A stretch of 64,000 bases of DNA, taken from NCBI GenBank assembly GCA_002167745.1, contig NHCB01000003.1, positions 16,377 to 80,376 on the forward strand. Direction: 5' to 3'. This document shows, in pieces, positions 8,281 to 17,991 of the stretch. The notes beneath the pieces are model-generated. The model ran no database searches and was not told the DNA's origin. It saw only the letters and a program-made list of their open reading frames with translations. Position 1 is the first letter of the stretch, and every line of letters starts with the position of its first letter. A program made the translations under genes and the position numbers. Origin of the DNA: Betaproteobacteria bacterium TMED22 (GTDB taxonomy: Bacteria; Pseudomonadota; Gammaproteobacteria; Burkholderiales; Eutrophovitaceae).

Positions 8281-9983
8281 CCAACAAGATCGATCGGCGT
8301 GCTTACGCTGAGATGTTTGGCCCAACGGTGGGTGATCGCGTGCGCTTGGCCGATACTGAGCTGTGGATTGAGGTTGAGGAAGACAAAACGATTCCTGGAG
8401 AAGAAGTTAAATTTGGCGGTGGGAAAGTCATTCGGGATGGTATGGGTCAAAGTCAAAGGCCAGCTCATGCAGTGCCTGATACCGTCATTACAAATGCTTT
8501 AATTGTGGATCACAGCGGAATTATTAAAGCTGATATTGCAATTAAGGATGGTCGTATTGCTGGCATTGGTAAGGCGGGTAATCCGGATGTGCAACCTGGT
8601 GTCGATATTATTATTGGGGCTGCAACGGAAATTATTGCCGGAGAGGGTTCCATCGTCACAGCTGGAGGAATAGACGCACATATTCATTTCATCTGTCCTC
8701 AGCAAATTGAAGAGGCGCTCTCTTCAGGAATTACAACTATGCTCGGCGGTGGGACCGGTCCTGCAACAGGAACAAATGCGACGACTTGTACGCCCGGTCC
8801 TTGGCATATATCCCGTATGCTTGAATCGGCTGATGCGTTTCCTATGAATTTGGGTTTCATGGGCAAAGGTAATGCAAGTTTGCCATTGCCGCTCGAGGAG
8901 CAAGTGGCGGCCGGTGCTATGGGTTTAAAATTGCATGAGGACTGGGGTACTACGCCAGCTGCTATTGATAATTGTTTGACCGTGGCGGAATCTGCAGATA
9001 TTCAAGTTGCAATTCACACAGACACTTTGAACGAATCTGGATTTGTGGAGGATACGCTCGCGGCGTTTAAAGATCGAGTAATTCACACTTACCATACGGA
9101 AGGTGCTGGAGGAGGACATGCACCAGACATCATAAAAGCATGTGGTTTTTCGAACGTTTTGCCGTCTTCTACGAATCCCACAAGGCCTTACACGGTCAAT
9201 ACAATAGATGAACATTTAGATATGTTGATGGTATGCCACCATCTAGACTCGTCAATAGCTGAGGATGTGGCTTTTGCGGAATCGAGAATCCGTCGCGAAA
9301 CAATTGCAGCTGAAGACGTATTGCACGATATCGGTGCCTTCAGCATGATAGCTAGTGATTCGCAAGCGATGGGTCGCGTGGGCGAAGTGATTTCTCGTAC
9401 CTGGCAGACTGCTCATAAAATGAAGGTTCAGCGAGGGCCTCTTCCAGAGGATTCTGACCGCTCTGACAATTATCGTGTTAAGCGCTATGTGGCGAAATAT
9501 ACAATCAACCCTGCTATTACGCATGGTATGGCTAATGAGGTTGGGTCGATAGAAGTAGGGAAGCTCGCTGACATCGTGCTTTGGAGACCCGCCTTTTTCG
9601 GCGTCAAACCCTCCATGATCGTAAAAGGGGGAGTGATTGCTATGTCTCTTATGGGAGATCCAAATGCATCCATTCCGACACCTCAGCCAGTCCATTACCG
9701 GTATATGTTTGGTGCTTATGGTGGTTCGTTGACTCAATCATCAGTAACCTTTACTTCCCAAGCGGCTATTGAATCGAATGTGCGGGTCAATTTAGGCTTA
9801 CAAAAGCAGCTTGTGGCTGTAAGCAATACGAGAACCATCTCCAAGTCGTCGATGATTCTGAATACGCTTCAGCCAAAAATAGAGGTAGATCCGCAGAATT
9901 ATCATGTTTATGCAGATGGTAAGTTGTTAACTTGCGAGCCAGCTACTGAGTTGCCCATGGCTCAGCGGTATTTCTTGTTTTAA
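8277..9983 (+). CDS. ureC: Urease alpha subunit
   Basis: [47 protein letters not shown] and MVCHHLD are diagnostic nickel-site motifs. Confidence 0.97.
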   Translation: MTNKIDRRAYAEMFGPTVGDRVRLADTELWIEVEEDKTIPGEEVKFGGGKVIRDGMGQSQRPAHAVPDTVITNALIVDHSGIIKADIAIKDGRIAGIGKAGNPDVQPGVDIIIGAATEIIAGEGSIVTAGGIDAHIHFICPQQIEEALSSGITTMLGGGTGPATGTNATTCTPGPWHISRMLESADAFPMNLGFMGKGNASLPLPLEEQVAAGAMGLKLHEDWGTTPAAIDNCLTVAESADIQVAIHTDTLNESGFVEDTLAAFKDRVIHTYHTEGAGGGHAPDIIKACGFSNVLPSSTNPTRPYTVNTIDEHLDMLMVCHHLDSSIAEDVAFAESRIRRETIAAEDVLHDIGAFSMIASDSQAMGRVGEVISRTWQTAHKMKVQRGPLPEDSDRSDNYRVKRYVAKYTINPAITHGMANEVGSIEVGKLADIVLWRPAFFGVKPSMIVKGGVIAMSLMGDPNASIPTPQPVHYRYMFGAYGGSLTQSSVTFTSQAAIESNVRVNLGLQKQLVAVSNTRTISKSSMILNTLQPKIEVDPQNYHVYADGKLLTCEPATELPMAQRYFLF

Positions 9984-9986
9984 ATT

Positions 9987-10475
9987 ATGTTGTTAATTAA
10001 AAAGCGGATAGACAAGCCTTCAAAGTTCGACGTTGAAATCTCACTGCCCTTTGATCTGCGAAAAAAATGTCGGCTTAAGACGGTCAGTGCTGATGGTGAA
10101 GAGGTTGGGATTTTTTTAGAGCGAGGCACGATACTATCTGACGGCGATTATCTAGTAAGTGAAGACGGAAGAGTAGTCCGCGTGCTCGCTCAAGATGAGT
10201 CTTTATTACATATCACGCAAGGATCAGCGCGATCCTTAGCTCAGCTGGCTTACCACATCGGAAACCGCCACGTGTCGTTAGAGATTGATGATGATTGTCT
10301 ACGTATTGGATATGATGAGGTCTTAAAAGATATGGTCGAAGGCTTAGGTGCCAAAACACAGGCTGTGAGCGCTCCATTTCACCCTGAGAACGGAGCGTAT
10401 GGAGGCGGACATAGTCATGGGTCCGAACACGGACGTGGTCCAATTATTCATGAGTTTTCTAAAGGGGCCGGTTGA
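9987..10475 (+). CDS. ureE: Urease accessory protein UreE
   Basis: AYHIGNRHV motif, a His-containing C-terminus (GGGHSHGSEHG), and its position after ureC. Confidence 0.85.
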   Translation: MLLIKKRIDKPSKFDVEISLPFDLRKKCRLKTVSADGEEVGIFLERGTILSDGDYLVSEDGRVVRVLAQDESLLHITQGSARSLAQLAYHIGNRHVSLEIDDDCLRIGYDEVLKDMVEGLGAKTQAVSAPFHPENGAYGGGHSHGSEHGRGPIIHEFSKGAG

Positions 10476-10482
10476 TATTCGC

Positions 10483-11166
10483 ATGACAAAGAAAAATAAT
10501 ATGATGAACATCCTTAGACTCTCTAGCCAATCATTGCCAACGGGAGCCTTCAGCTATTCCCAGGGTATGGAATGGTTAGTGGATACACAACGTATCCATG
10601 ATGAGGATACTGTCTATCAGTGGATTGCCTCTATTCTGCATGGTCCTTACGTGAACTATGAACTGCCTATTTTGCGAGAAATGTATGAAGCATGGCTTAG
10701 TGCCGATTATAGGTCTGTTGAGGTGCTGAATAGAGATTATTTAACGTCTAGAGAGACATGTGAGGTTCAAAAAGAAACACTTCAGATGGGACATGCTCTT
10801 AAGGCGATCATCAAAGAGATGGATCTTGAATCTGATGGCTCAACGGGATTCTTATTGCAATTAGATGATTTTGCTTTTGTCACTGGGTTTTCCTTTTGTA
10901 GTTTTAAAACTGGTTTGTCTGTTGAGGACATGCTAACAAGTCACGTTTGGTCTTTTATCGAAAACCAGATCCTCGTGGGAATTAAAGCGGTACCGCTTGG
11001 GCAGAGCGGAGGGCAACGATTATTAAACAGACTTATCCCTTTGGGCAATGAAAGTGTCAGTCGGTCGATGGAAATTACTGTTGATAGTTGGTCAAATTTT
11101 TCTCCGCTACAGGCAATTTCTAGTTCAAAACATGAAACACAGTATTCAAGATTATTCAGATCGTGA
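10483..11166 (+). CDS. ureF: Urease accessory protein UreF
   Basis: LRLSSQSLPTGAFSYSQGMEW is a typical UreF N-terminus. Start moved to ATG 10483 (M29 of the track ORF), just after the ureE stop at 10475. Confidence 0.85.
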   Translation: MTKKNNMMNILRLSSQSLPTGAFSYSQGMEWLVDTQRIHDEDTVYQWIASILHGPYVNYELPILREMYEAWLSADYRSVEVLNRDYLTSRETCEVQKETLQMGHALKAIIKEMDLESDGSTGFLLQLDDFAFVTGFSFCSFKTGLSVEDMLTSHVWSFIENQILVGIKAVPLGQSGGQRLLNRLIPLGNESVSRSMEITVDSWSNFSPLQAISSSKHETQYSRLFRS

Positions 11167-11197
11167 AAAATAAATAATTATATTCAGGAGTTAAACT

Positions 11198-11818
11198 ATG
11201 TCCTCTTCTCCTCTTAGAGTGGGTATTGGTGGTCCAGTTGGATCAGGTAAGACGGCGTTAACTTTAGCCTTATGTCAAATCATGAGGGAGCGCTATGAAG
11301 TGGCGGTGGTTACCAATGATATATATACGCGCGAAGACGCCGATTTTTTAGTACGCAATGAGGCACTCACTCCGGAAAGAATTATGGGTGTTGAAACGGG
11401 TGGTTGTCCGCATACGGCGATCCGTGAAGACGCATCGATTAATCTTGAGGCTGTGGGGCGCTTGAGTAAGCGCTTTGATTTAGATGTTATATTCATTGAA
11501 AGCGGTGGCGACAATTTGGCGGCGACATTTTCACCCGAATTATCTGATTTGACAATTTATGTCATCGATGTCTCAGCCGGCGAGAAAATACCCAGGAAAG
11601 GTGGTCCAGGCATTACCAAATCGGATTTATTAATCATAAACAAGATTGATTTAGCGCACTTAGTCGGCGCTTCACTGGAAGTGATGGAGCGAGACGCAGG
11701 TCGAATGCGTGGAGAGAAGCCTTTTATTTTCAGCAACCTAAAATTAAAAAAAGGTTTAGATGAGATCTCTAATTTTATTATCGACGAGGGAATGCTTGAG
11801 GGGCGAAATTCAGTCTAA
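11198..11818 (+). CDS. ureG: Urease accessory GTPase UreG
   Basis: [12 protein letters not shown]-loop, [13 protein letters not shown] and ESGGDNL motifs. Confidence 0.96.
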   Translation: MSSSPLRVGIGGPVGSGKTALTLALCQIMRERYEVAVVTNDIYTREDADFLVRNEALTPERIMGVETGGCPHTAIREDASINLEAVGRLSKRFDLDVIFIESGGDNLAATFSPELSDLTIYVIDVSAGEKIPRKGGPGITKSDLLIINKIDLAHLVGASLEVMERDAGRMRGEKPFIFSNLKLKKGLDEISNFIIDEGMLEGRNSV

Positions 11819-11902
11819 TGCAAGAAATTTAGTATTTGCGCTGTCATGAAAATTTAAGGCGTTCGTAGTACTATCGTTGTACTACCAACTAGGAGGACAC
11901 TC

Positions 11903-12727
11903 ATGATTGACACAAAGTTTTCTAGATCTTTTTTTACTTCTCTTTTTGCCGCGCTGCTCTTGTCGGGCTGCGGTAGCGCCGATGTCGGGGAGCTCATTGA
12001 TGAAGCTTTGGTTGGGGAGCACCGGACCCCGGCTTATGTTGAGCGTGATTCATTTCGAAATCCCAAAGAAACCTTGCTATTCTTCGGTCTTTCTACTGAG
12101 CAATCGGTAGTTGAGATTACGCCTGGATTTGGCTGGTACGCGGAGATATTGGCGCCTCTGTTTCGGGATGCAGGGCAGTATTATTACACGTCCTATACTC
12201 TGCATGATGACATCAATCCGTACTTCGTTAGAGTCGAGAAGGCTTTTAAGGAAAAGATGGCCCTAAATCCAGATGTCTACAATAACCTCAAATGGATTCA
12301 CTTTGATCCAATGCAACCTGACTTGGCACCAGATGGTCCCGTTGACATGGTTTTGACTTTTAGAAACGTGCATAACTGGGCAAAAGCGGGTACTGCCGAG
12401 TCGATGTTTTCTGGATTTGCTAGTGCGCTCAAGCCGGGTGGTGTTATGGGTCTCGTAGAACATAGAGCTAAACCCGGAACGCCATTGGACGAGCAGATTC
12501 GTAGCGGTTATATGACGGTTGAATATGTTGTGCAAATGGCAGAAGATGCGGGCTTTCGGCTTGATGCCTCATCCGAAATTAATGCGAACCCGAAAGATAC
12601 GACAGATCATCCTGGGGGTGTTTGGAATTTATTGCCTAATCTGAGAAATGTTGCGGATGAGGAAAAAGCTGCGATTTCAGCTATTGGAGAGTCAGACCGT
12701 ATGACCTTGAGGTTCGTGAAAGAGTAA
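11903..12727 (+). CDS. Class I SAM-dependent methyltransferase-fold protein with a lipoprotein-type signal peptide
   Basis: N-terminal [14 protein letters not shown] lipobox. EITPGFGWY (motif I-like) and [21 protein letters not shown] at 11891..11896. Confidence 0.7.
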   Translation: MIDTKFSRSFFTSLFAALLLSGCGSADVGELIDEALVGEHRTPAYVERDSFRNPKETLLFFGLSTEQSVVEITPGFGWYAEILAPLFRDAGQYYYTSYTLHDDINPYFVRVEKAFKEKMALNPDVYNNLKWIHFDPMQPDLAPDGPVDMVLTFRNVHNWAKAGTAESMFSGFASALKPGGVMGLVEHRAKPGTPLDEQIRSGYMTVEYVVQMAEDAGFRLDASSEINANPKDTTDHPGGVWNLLPNLRNVADEEKAAISAIGESDRMTLRFVKE

Positions 12728-12732
12728 GAACT

Positions 12733-14409
12733 ATGAAGACTGATATAGAGATTGCCCAACAGGCAGAATTAAAACGTATCACGGAGATTGCCATTGAGCG
12801 GTTGGGTATTCCCGAGGAGCATATTGAGCCTTACGGCCATTACAAGGCCAAATTGACAAATGAGTTTGTGGGTAGTTTAGGGGGTAAAGCCGATGGCAAG
12901 TTGATTTTGGTTACTGCTATCAGTCCTACTCCGGCGGGCGAGGGTAAGACTACAACAACAGTGGGTCTTGGAGATGCGCTCAATTCAATCGGTAAGAATG
13001 CGCTTATTTGTCTTAGGGAGCCAAGTTTAGGCCCTGTTTTTGGCATGAAAGGTGGGGCTGCCGGTGGGGGATTGGCGCAAATAGTGCCCATGGAAGATAT
13101 CAACCTTCATTTTACGGGTGATTTCAATGCTATTCAGCTGGCTAATAATCTATTGGCTGCAATGCTTGATAATCATATTCATCATGGTAATGCGTTAAGC
13201 ATTGATGTGCGTCGCATAGCTTGGCGACGTGTTGTTGACATGAACGATCGAGCGCTTCGCTCGATCGTTGTTTCTCTTGGGGGACCAGGCAATGGTTACC
13301 CACGTGACGATGGTTTCGATATTGTTGTGGCATCTGAAGTTATGGCTATTTTATGTTTGGCCGACTCAATGGAGGATCTCAAGGAGCGGTTGGGCCGCAT
13401 TGTTGTGGCATATACACGGGATAAAGTGCCGGTCTTAGCTTCTGAGCTAGACGCTCACGGGGCGATGGCCGTGTTACTTAAGGATGCGGTCAAGCCGAAT
13501 TTAGTGCAAACGCTGGAGAATAATCCCGCGATTATTCACGGGGGACCGTTCGCGAATATTGCCCATGGCTGTAATTCGGTTATAGCCACCCGAACATCAC
13601 TGAAACTTGCAGATTATGTCGTTACAGAGGCCGGATTTGGCGCCGATTTAGGCGCAGAAAAATTTATTGATATCAAGTGCAGGAAGTCTGGATTAAGGCC
13701 TGATGTTGTTGTACTTGTTGCGACGATTAGAGCTCTAAAATTCCATGGTGGACAGTCTTTATCTGAGCTTAATCATGAAAATGTATCAGCGTTAGAAAGG
13801 GGCTTCGCAAACCTCGAGCGTCACGTCAATAATATGAGGAATGTTTTTAACCTTCCATGTGTAGTCTCTATCAATCACTTTACTCATGACACTGAGATGG
13901 AAATCGAGCGTCTACAGGAGCTTTGTAATGTGCTTGGTGTTTCAGTGGTTGTCGCGAAACATTGGGCTGAGGGCGGTGCGGGCGCGCAAGCACTGGCACA
14001 TAAAGTTATAGAGCTGATTGATCAGGAGACTGCAGACCTTACTTTTGCTTATGAAGATAAGGACAGTTTGGAACAAAAAATTGAATCAGTTGCCAAGAAA
14101 ATCTATGGTGCTTCTGAAGTAAAACTGGATACGAGGGCAAAAAATAGACTTGTTGAACTAGAAAAAGAAGGTCACGGTAATCTTCCTGTATGTATTGCAA
14201 AAACGCAATATTCGTTTTCTAGCGACCCGAGCTTAAAGGGTGCGCCGATCGGACATACGCTAACTGTCCGTGAGATTCGATTGTCCGCAGGTGCCGGGTT
14301 TGTTGTGGTGGTATGCGGTGATATTATGACAATGCCTGGTTTGCCAAAAGTGCCAGCTGCTAACCGTATTGATCTGAGCCCAGATGGCAAAGTTGTTGGA
14401 TTGTTCTAG
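12733..14409 (+). CDS. fhs: Formate--tetrahydrofolate ligase
   Basis: [32 protein letters not shown] and [13 protein letters not shown] motifs. Confidence 0.96.
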   Translation: MKTDIEIAQQAELKRITEIAIERLGIPEEHIEPYGHYKAKLTNEFVGSLGGKADGKLILVTAISPTPAGEGKTTTTVGLGDALNSIGKNALICLREPSLGPVFGMKGGAAGGGLAQIVPMEDINLHFTGDFNAIQLANNLLAAMLDNHIHHGNALSIDVRRIAWRRVVDMNDRALRSIVVSLGGPGNGYPRDDGFDIVVASEVMAILCLADSMEDLKERLGRIVVAYTRDKVPVLASELDAHGAMAVLLKDAVKPNLVQTLENNPAIIHGGPFANIAHGCNSVIATRTSLKLADYVVTEAGFGADLGAEKFIDIKCRKSGLRPDVVVLVATIRALKFHGGQSLSELNHENVSALERGFANLERHVNNMRNVFNLPCVVSINHFTHDTEMEIERLQELCNVLGVSVVVAKHWAEGGAGAQALAHKVIELIDQETADLTFAYEDKDSLEQKIESVAKKIYGASEVKLDTRAKNRLVELEKEGHGNLPVCIAKTQYSFSSDPSLKGAPIGHTLTVREIRLSAGAGFVVVVCGDIMTMPGLPKVPAANRIDLSPDGKVVGLF

Positions 14410-14451
14410 TGCTAAATATTTTCGCGCGTAACGGCGCAGGATATCTCTGAT

Positions 14452-16224
14452 ATGAAGTCGCAAACCATAACGGCCCTTACTCAGTCTGAGGGATTGAGCA
14501 GTAATCTTAGAGACATCACGTGGGTTGAGACAAATATACCTTGTCAGGTGGCTTGCCCTGCTGGTACGGATATTCCTGGCTACATAGAAGCCATTAATCA
14601 TGGGAGACTAGACGAGGCCTATACAATCAACTTTAGAGATAATATATTTCCAGGGGTTCTTGGCCGAGTTTGTGCTCGACCCTGCGAAGATGCGTGTCGG
14701 CACGGTCGGCCTAGTAACGGAGACTCGGTCGCGATTTGTTCGCTAAAGCGATCATCGCATGACTTGGGTGGCGTTCTTAGAACGTTGCCTAAAATAAAAC
14801 CTTCCAGCGGTCATCGTATTGCAGTTATTGGGGCTGGGGTTGCGGGGCTTGCAACTGCACGCGACCTTGCTCTTGACGGACATAAAGTAGTCGTTTATGA
14901 AAAACATCATCGTCCAGGCGGGATGATGGTGCAAGGAATACCGTCATTTCGACTGCCTAGAGATGTGATTGAGTTGGAAATTGACCAAGTCTTGTCTTTA
15001 GGTATTGACCTAAAATGCGGTGTGTCTATTGGTGATGATGAGAGTCTCGATAGTCTGGTTGAGTCTTATGATGCGGTCGTATTAGCTGCTGGCACTTTAA
15101 GCGGTAATCGTTTACATGTGCCAGGAGATGATCTACCTGGGATTGAACATGGTCTTCGCTTTCTGATGGAGGTGAACGAGCAAGGGCGAAGACATATAGG
15201 GTCGAAAGTTACGGTAATCGGTGGTGGGTACACGGCGATGGATTGCGCTCGAACGGCTGTGCGGTTGGGAGCAGATACAACTGTCTATTATCGTCGTGGT
15301 CCACAGGATATGGTTGTTTTGCCTGGAGAGGTCCAAGAATTATTAAATGAGAATGGAACAATGAAATACTTTCAGGCACCTCATCAATTTTTCGGTGAGG
15401 TATCTGTACAACAAGCTGAATTTCTCAAAACTGTTATCAACGTTGAAGACGGGAGACCAGTGGTACAGACTGAAGAAGGTAGTTCAATTGATATTGATAC
15501 TGACAGCGTGATATTGGCTACCGGACAAATAGCAGAAACCCACTGGGTGTCGGGTCAAATTGGTAAACTGATTATGCATGGTCAATCAAGAGTTTTGGTC
15601 GAGGACGAATTTAATACGCGTCATCCAAAAGTCTTTGTGGCAGGAGATTTTGCTACTGGTGCAACGACTCTAATTGATGCGATTGCCCATGGACGCAAGG
15701 CCGCTTTGCGAGTAACCCGATTCTTAACTAGAAGTAGTCTTTCTGAACATAAAGTTAAAATTGAGGAAAAACGGTTTGGTACTGATTTCACGGGAGGCCA
15801 GTTTCCTAGAACTCAGGAAATGAACGTGATACCCATTCAAGCCGTGCCTGTTATTGATACGAAGCAGCGAGTAGATAACAAAGAGGTAGAACTTGGTTAT
15901 GATCAAGCGTCAACAGATCAAGCCGCAAAACGTTGTTATTTGTGTCATTACAAATTTGAGATCGATAATAGGCTCTGCGTGCTGTGTGATGAATGCATCA
16001 AGGTGAAGCCCACCGAAGGTTGCATTCTGCCTGTTTCAGACTTAGAACTTAGTGATGACGGGTCAGTCGTCAAATATAAACAGTTACAGAAAGGAAAGTC
16101 GGACTCTCTTTACTACAATCAATTATGGATTGATCAGGATAAATGTATCCGTTGCGGTCAATGTGAGGCGGTGTGTCCGGTCGGGGCAATATCGATTCAA
16201 AAGGTGAGTTTCGTGAAAGTTTAG
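14452..16224 (+). CDS. GltD-like NAD(P)H-dependent FAD/Fe-S oxidoreductase with a C-terminal 2x[4Fe-4S] ferredoxin domain
   Basis: N-terminal CQVACPAGTDIPGYI...GRVCARPCEDACRHG (GltD Fe-S region), two Rossmann motifs (IAVIGAGVAGL, VTVIGGGYTAMD), and C-terminal CYLCH...CVLCDECIKVKP...CIRCGQCEAVCPVGAI. Confidence 0.8.
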   Translation: MKSQTITALTQSEGLSSNLRDITWVETNIPCQVACPAGTDIPGYIEAINHGRLDEAYTINFRDNIFPGVLGRVCARPCEDACRHGRPSNGDSVAICSLKRSSHDLGGVLRTLPKIKPSSGHRIAVIGAGVAGLATARDLALDGHKVVVYEKHHRPGGMMVQGIPSFRLPRDVIELEIDQVLSLGIDLKCGVSIGDDESLDSLVESYDAVVLAAGTLSGNRLHVPGDDLPGIEHGLRFLMEVNEQGRRHIGSKVTVIGGGYTAMDCARTAVRLGADTTVYYRRGPQDMVVLPGEVQELLNENGTMKYFQAPHQFFGEVSVQQAEFLKTVINVEDGRPVVQTEEGSSIDIDTDSVILATGQIAETHWVSGQIGKLIMHGQSRVLVEDEFNTRHPKVFVAGDFATGATTLIDAIAHGRKAALRVTRFLTRSSLSEHKVKIEEKRFGTDFTGGQFPRTQEMNVIPIQAVPVIDTKQRVDNKEVELGYDQASTDQAAKRCYLCHYKFEIDNRLCVLCDECIKVKPTEGCILPVSDLELSDDGSVVKYKQLQKGKSDSLYYNQLWIDQDKCIRCGQCEAVCPVGAISIQKVSFVKV

Positions 16225-16349
16225 TGACAGGACTTTTCTTTAAATGTAGTACGCTTTATACTCGTTATTCTTACGCGGGAGCTCCCTCCGCTCTTTCTGG
16301 TTGCTAGTTCTCGACATGTGAATTTCGTCCATTACTCTGGAGGCAAAGC

Positions 16350-16910
16350 GTGGCATTTGTATTAGCACTTGACGCAACTGGCGTGCCCAGTCGTTGGCTT
16401 AATGTAGAGAGCGCGATTACTTATCACGCGCGAGGTATGGTAGCTTGGTCGTTAGGAGATGCGTTAGCTACATTTCGTGGCGGTGTTTCGCGTTTAACTG
16501 GAGAACGGTCACAAATCCAGACGCAAAGTATCATTGCAATCAAAGGGGCTGTTGATAGATTTACAGGGAATCCGCATCCCTCGCTGACAAATAGTGCTTT
16601 ATTTTCCCGGGATCGAAAGGTGTGTGCGTATTGTGGCGATCGATTTCGTGAAAGAGATCTTTCTCGTGATCACATTATTCCTGTCCATACGGGTGGCGAG
16701 GATAAATGGATGAACGTGGTTACCTCTTGCCGACCTTGTAATATTCGAAAAGGCGGACGAAATCCTGATCAGGCGAAAATGCCCTTATTGTTTTTGCCTT
16801 ATATTCCTAATAGGTATGAGCATTTAGTTTTACAAAATAGAAAAATATTGCATGATCAGGCTGAATATTTAATGGCGAAGGTGCCAAAGCACAGTCGTTT
16901 ACATGGCTAG
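16350..16910 (+). CDS. HNH endonuclease-domain protein
   Basis: CAYCGDRF...LSRDHIIPVHTGGEDKWMNVVTSCRPCNIRKGG is an HNH/His-Me finger. GTG start with GGAGG 6 nt upstream. Confidence 0.8.
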   Translation: MAFVLALDATGVPSRWLNVESAITYHARGMVAWSLGDALATFRGGVSRLTGERSQIQTQSIIAIKGAVDRFTGNPHPSLTNSALFSRDRKVCAYCGDRFRERDLSRDHIIPVHTGGEDKWMNVVTSCRPCNIRKGGRNPDQAKMPLLFLPYIPNRYEHLVLQNRKILHDQAEYLMAKVPKHSRLHG

Positions 16911-16946
16911 AATGTAACGTGTCTTAATCTTTTATTGGAATAAATT

Positions 16947-17780
16947 TTGAAAAAAATAATTTCTACGGTACTCATTTGTTTTGTTTTGATTGGATGTAAA
17001 TCTAACCAGATCTCAGGTCGCTCACAATTTATGCTGATACCTGAAGATATGGCGATCAGTGAGTCGAATAAAGCATATAAAGCGATGCTTACTCCTATCA
17101 AGAAAGATGGGAAACTGAATACTGATCCCGTGATGCTAGAGAGAGTGAAAAATATTACTGAACGTTTAGTCGCTCAGGCGGTTCTCTATCGTCCCGATTC
17201 TAGTGGGTGGAATTGGTCGGTACAGGTAATTGATCAGCCTGAAGTGGTTAACGCTTGGGCTATGGCGGGTGGAAAAATGGCCATATATTCTGGGCTTATT
17301 ACAAAATTGGAAGCAACCGATGATGAAATTGCGCAAGTGATGGCTCATGAAATTTCACACGCGCTTTTGGCGCATACTCAGGAGCGCATGTCCCGTGCTC
17401 TCGCGATGCAACTCGGGATTACAGCTATGTCGATTGCGCTACAAGACGAAAAGTATGGGGGTGTTGCAGTCCAAGGAACTGCGCTCGCAGCAATCGTAGC
17501 ACTTGAGCTGCCGAATAGTCGGACGGCAGAGAGGGAGAGTGATCGGGTGGGTATTGAAATTGCAGCTAAAGCAGGATTTGATCCCAGGGCTGCGGTTACA
17601 TTATGGACGAAGATGGCTGATGAAAGTGGACAGAAAGATTCTCGTTTTGACTTTCTGTCGACGCATCCCGCACCAATAAAACGAATGGAGGAGCTAGAAA
17701 AGTTGACCGATGCGATGATGCCGTTTTATGAGGATAAATCGACAAGACCGTTGCATCCAGTTAGCGGAGGAGATCTCTAG
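16947..17780 (+). CDS. M48-family Zn metallopeptidase, predicted lipoprotein
   Basis: HEISHALLAH zinc motif, downstream ERESD, and lipobox LIGC near the N-terminus. TTG start, so the start is less certain. Confidence 0.85.
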   Translation: MKKIISTVLICFVLIGCKSNQISGRSQFMLIPEDMAISESNKAYKAMLTPIKKDGKLNTDPVMLERVKNITERLVAQAVLYRPDSSGWNWSVQVIDQPEVVNAWAMAGGKMAIYSGLITKLEATDDEIAQVMAHEISHALLAHTQERMSRALAMQLGITAMSIALQDEKYGGVAVQGTALAAIVALELPNSRTAERESDRVGIEIAAKAGFDPRAAVTLWTKMADESGQKDSRFDFLSTHPAPIKRMEELEKLTDAMMPFYEDKSTRPLHPVSGGDL

Positions 17781-17838
17781 CTTCAGGCCACAGTTTTAGT
17801 CACATTAAAGTTTGTCTGCGAGAAGAAACAATTAGCAC

Positions 17839-17863
17839 AAAAAAAAGGCACCCAGAGGTGCCT
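17839..17863 (-). terminator. Rho-independent terminator (minus strand), about 130 nt downstream of the acyl-CoA dehydrogenase gene
   Basis: On the minus strand: AGGCACC-TCTG-GGTGCCT followed by T8 (plus-strand A-run at 17839..17846). Confidence 0.6.
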
Positions 17864-17991
17864 GTAAAATCCTCATAAAAAATGATGAGGATATAGGGGA
17901 ATGTAAACGCCGCCGGAGTCGAGAAGCGACGCTACATAGTACTAGACTGAGTAGAGATATTAAGGTTCCCGGAAATTTCAAGATTCAATAT

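Noticed and set aside
9252-9737. 161-aa antisense ORF inside ureC (similar cases: 8097..8468, 29169..29705, 32949..33398, 62062..62436, 27221..27562)
   Set aside because: All lie fully inside, and antisense to, highly conserved genes with unambiguous motifs. They have no RBS and an odd composition (Cys/Arg/Ser-rich), typical of shadow ORFs.
10399-10482. Upstream extension of ureF overlapping the ureE 3' end
   Set aside because: The recognisable UreF sequence starts after M29. ATG 10483 lies just past the ureE stop. The extension is simply the alternate frame of ureE.
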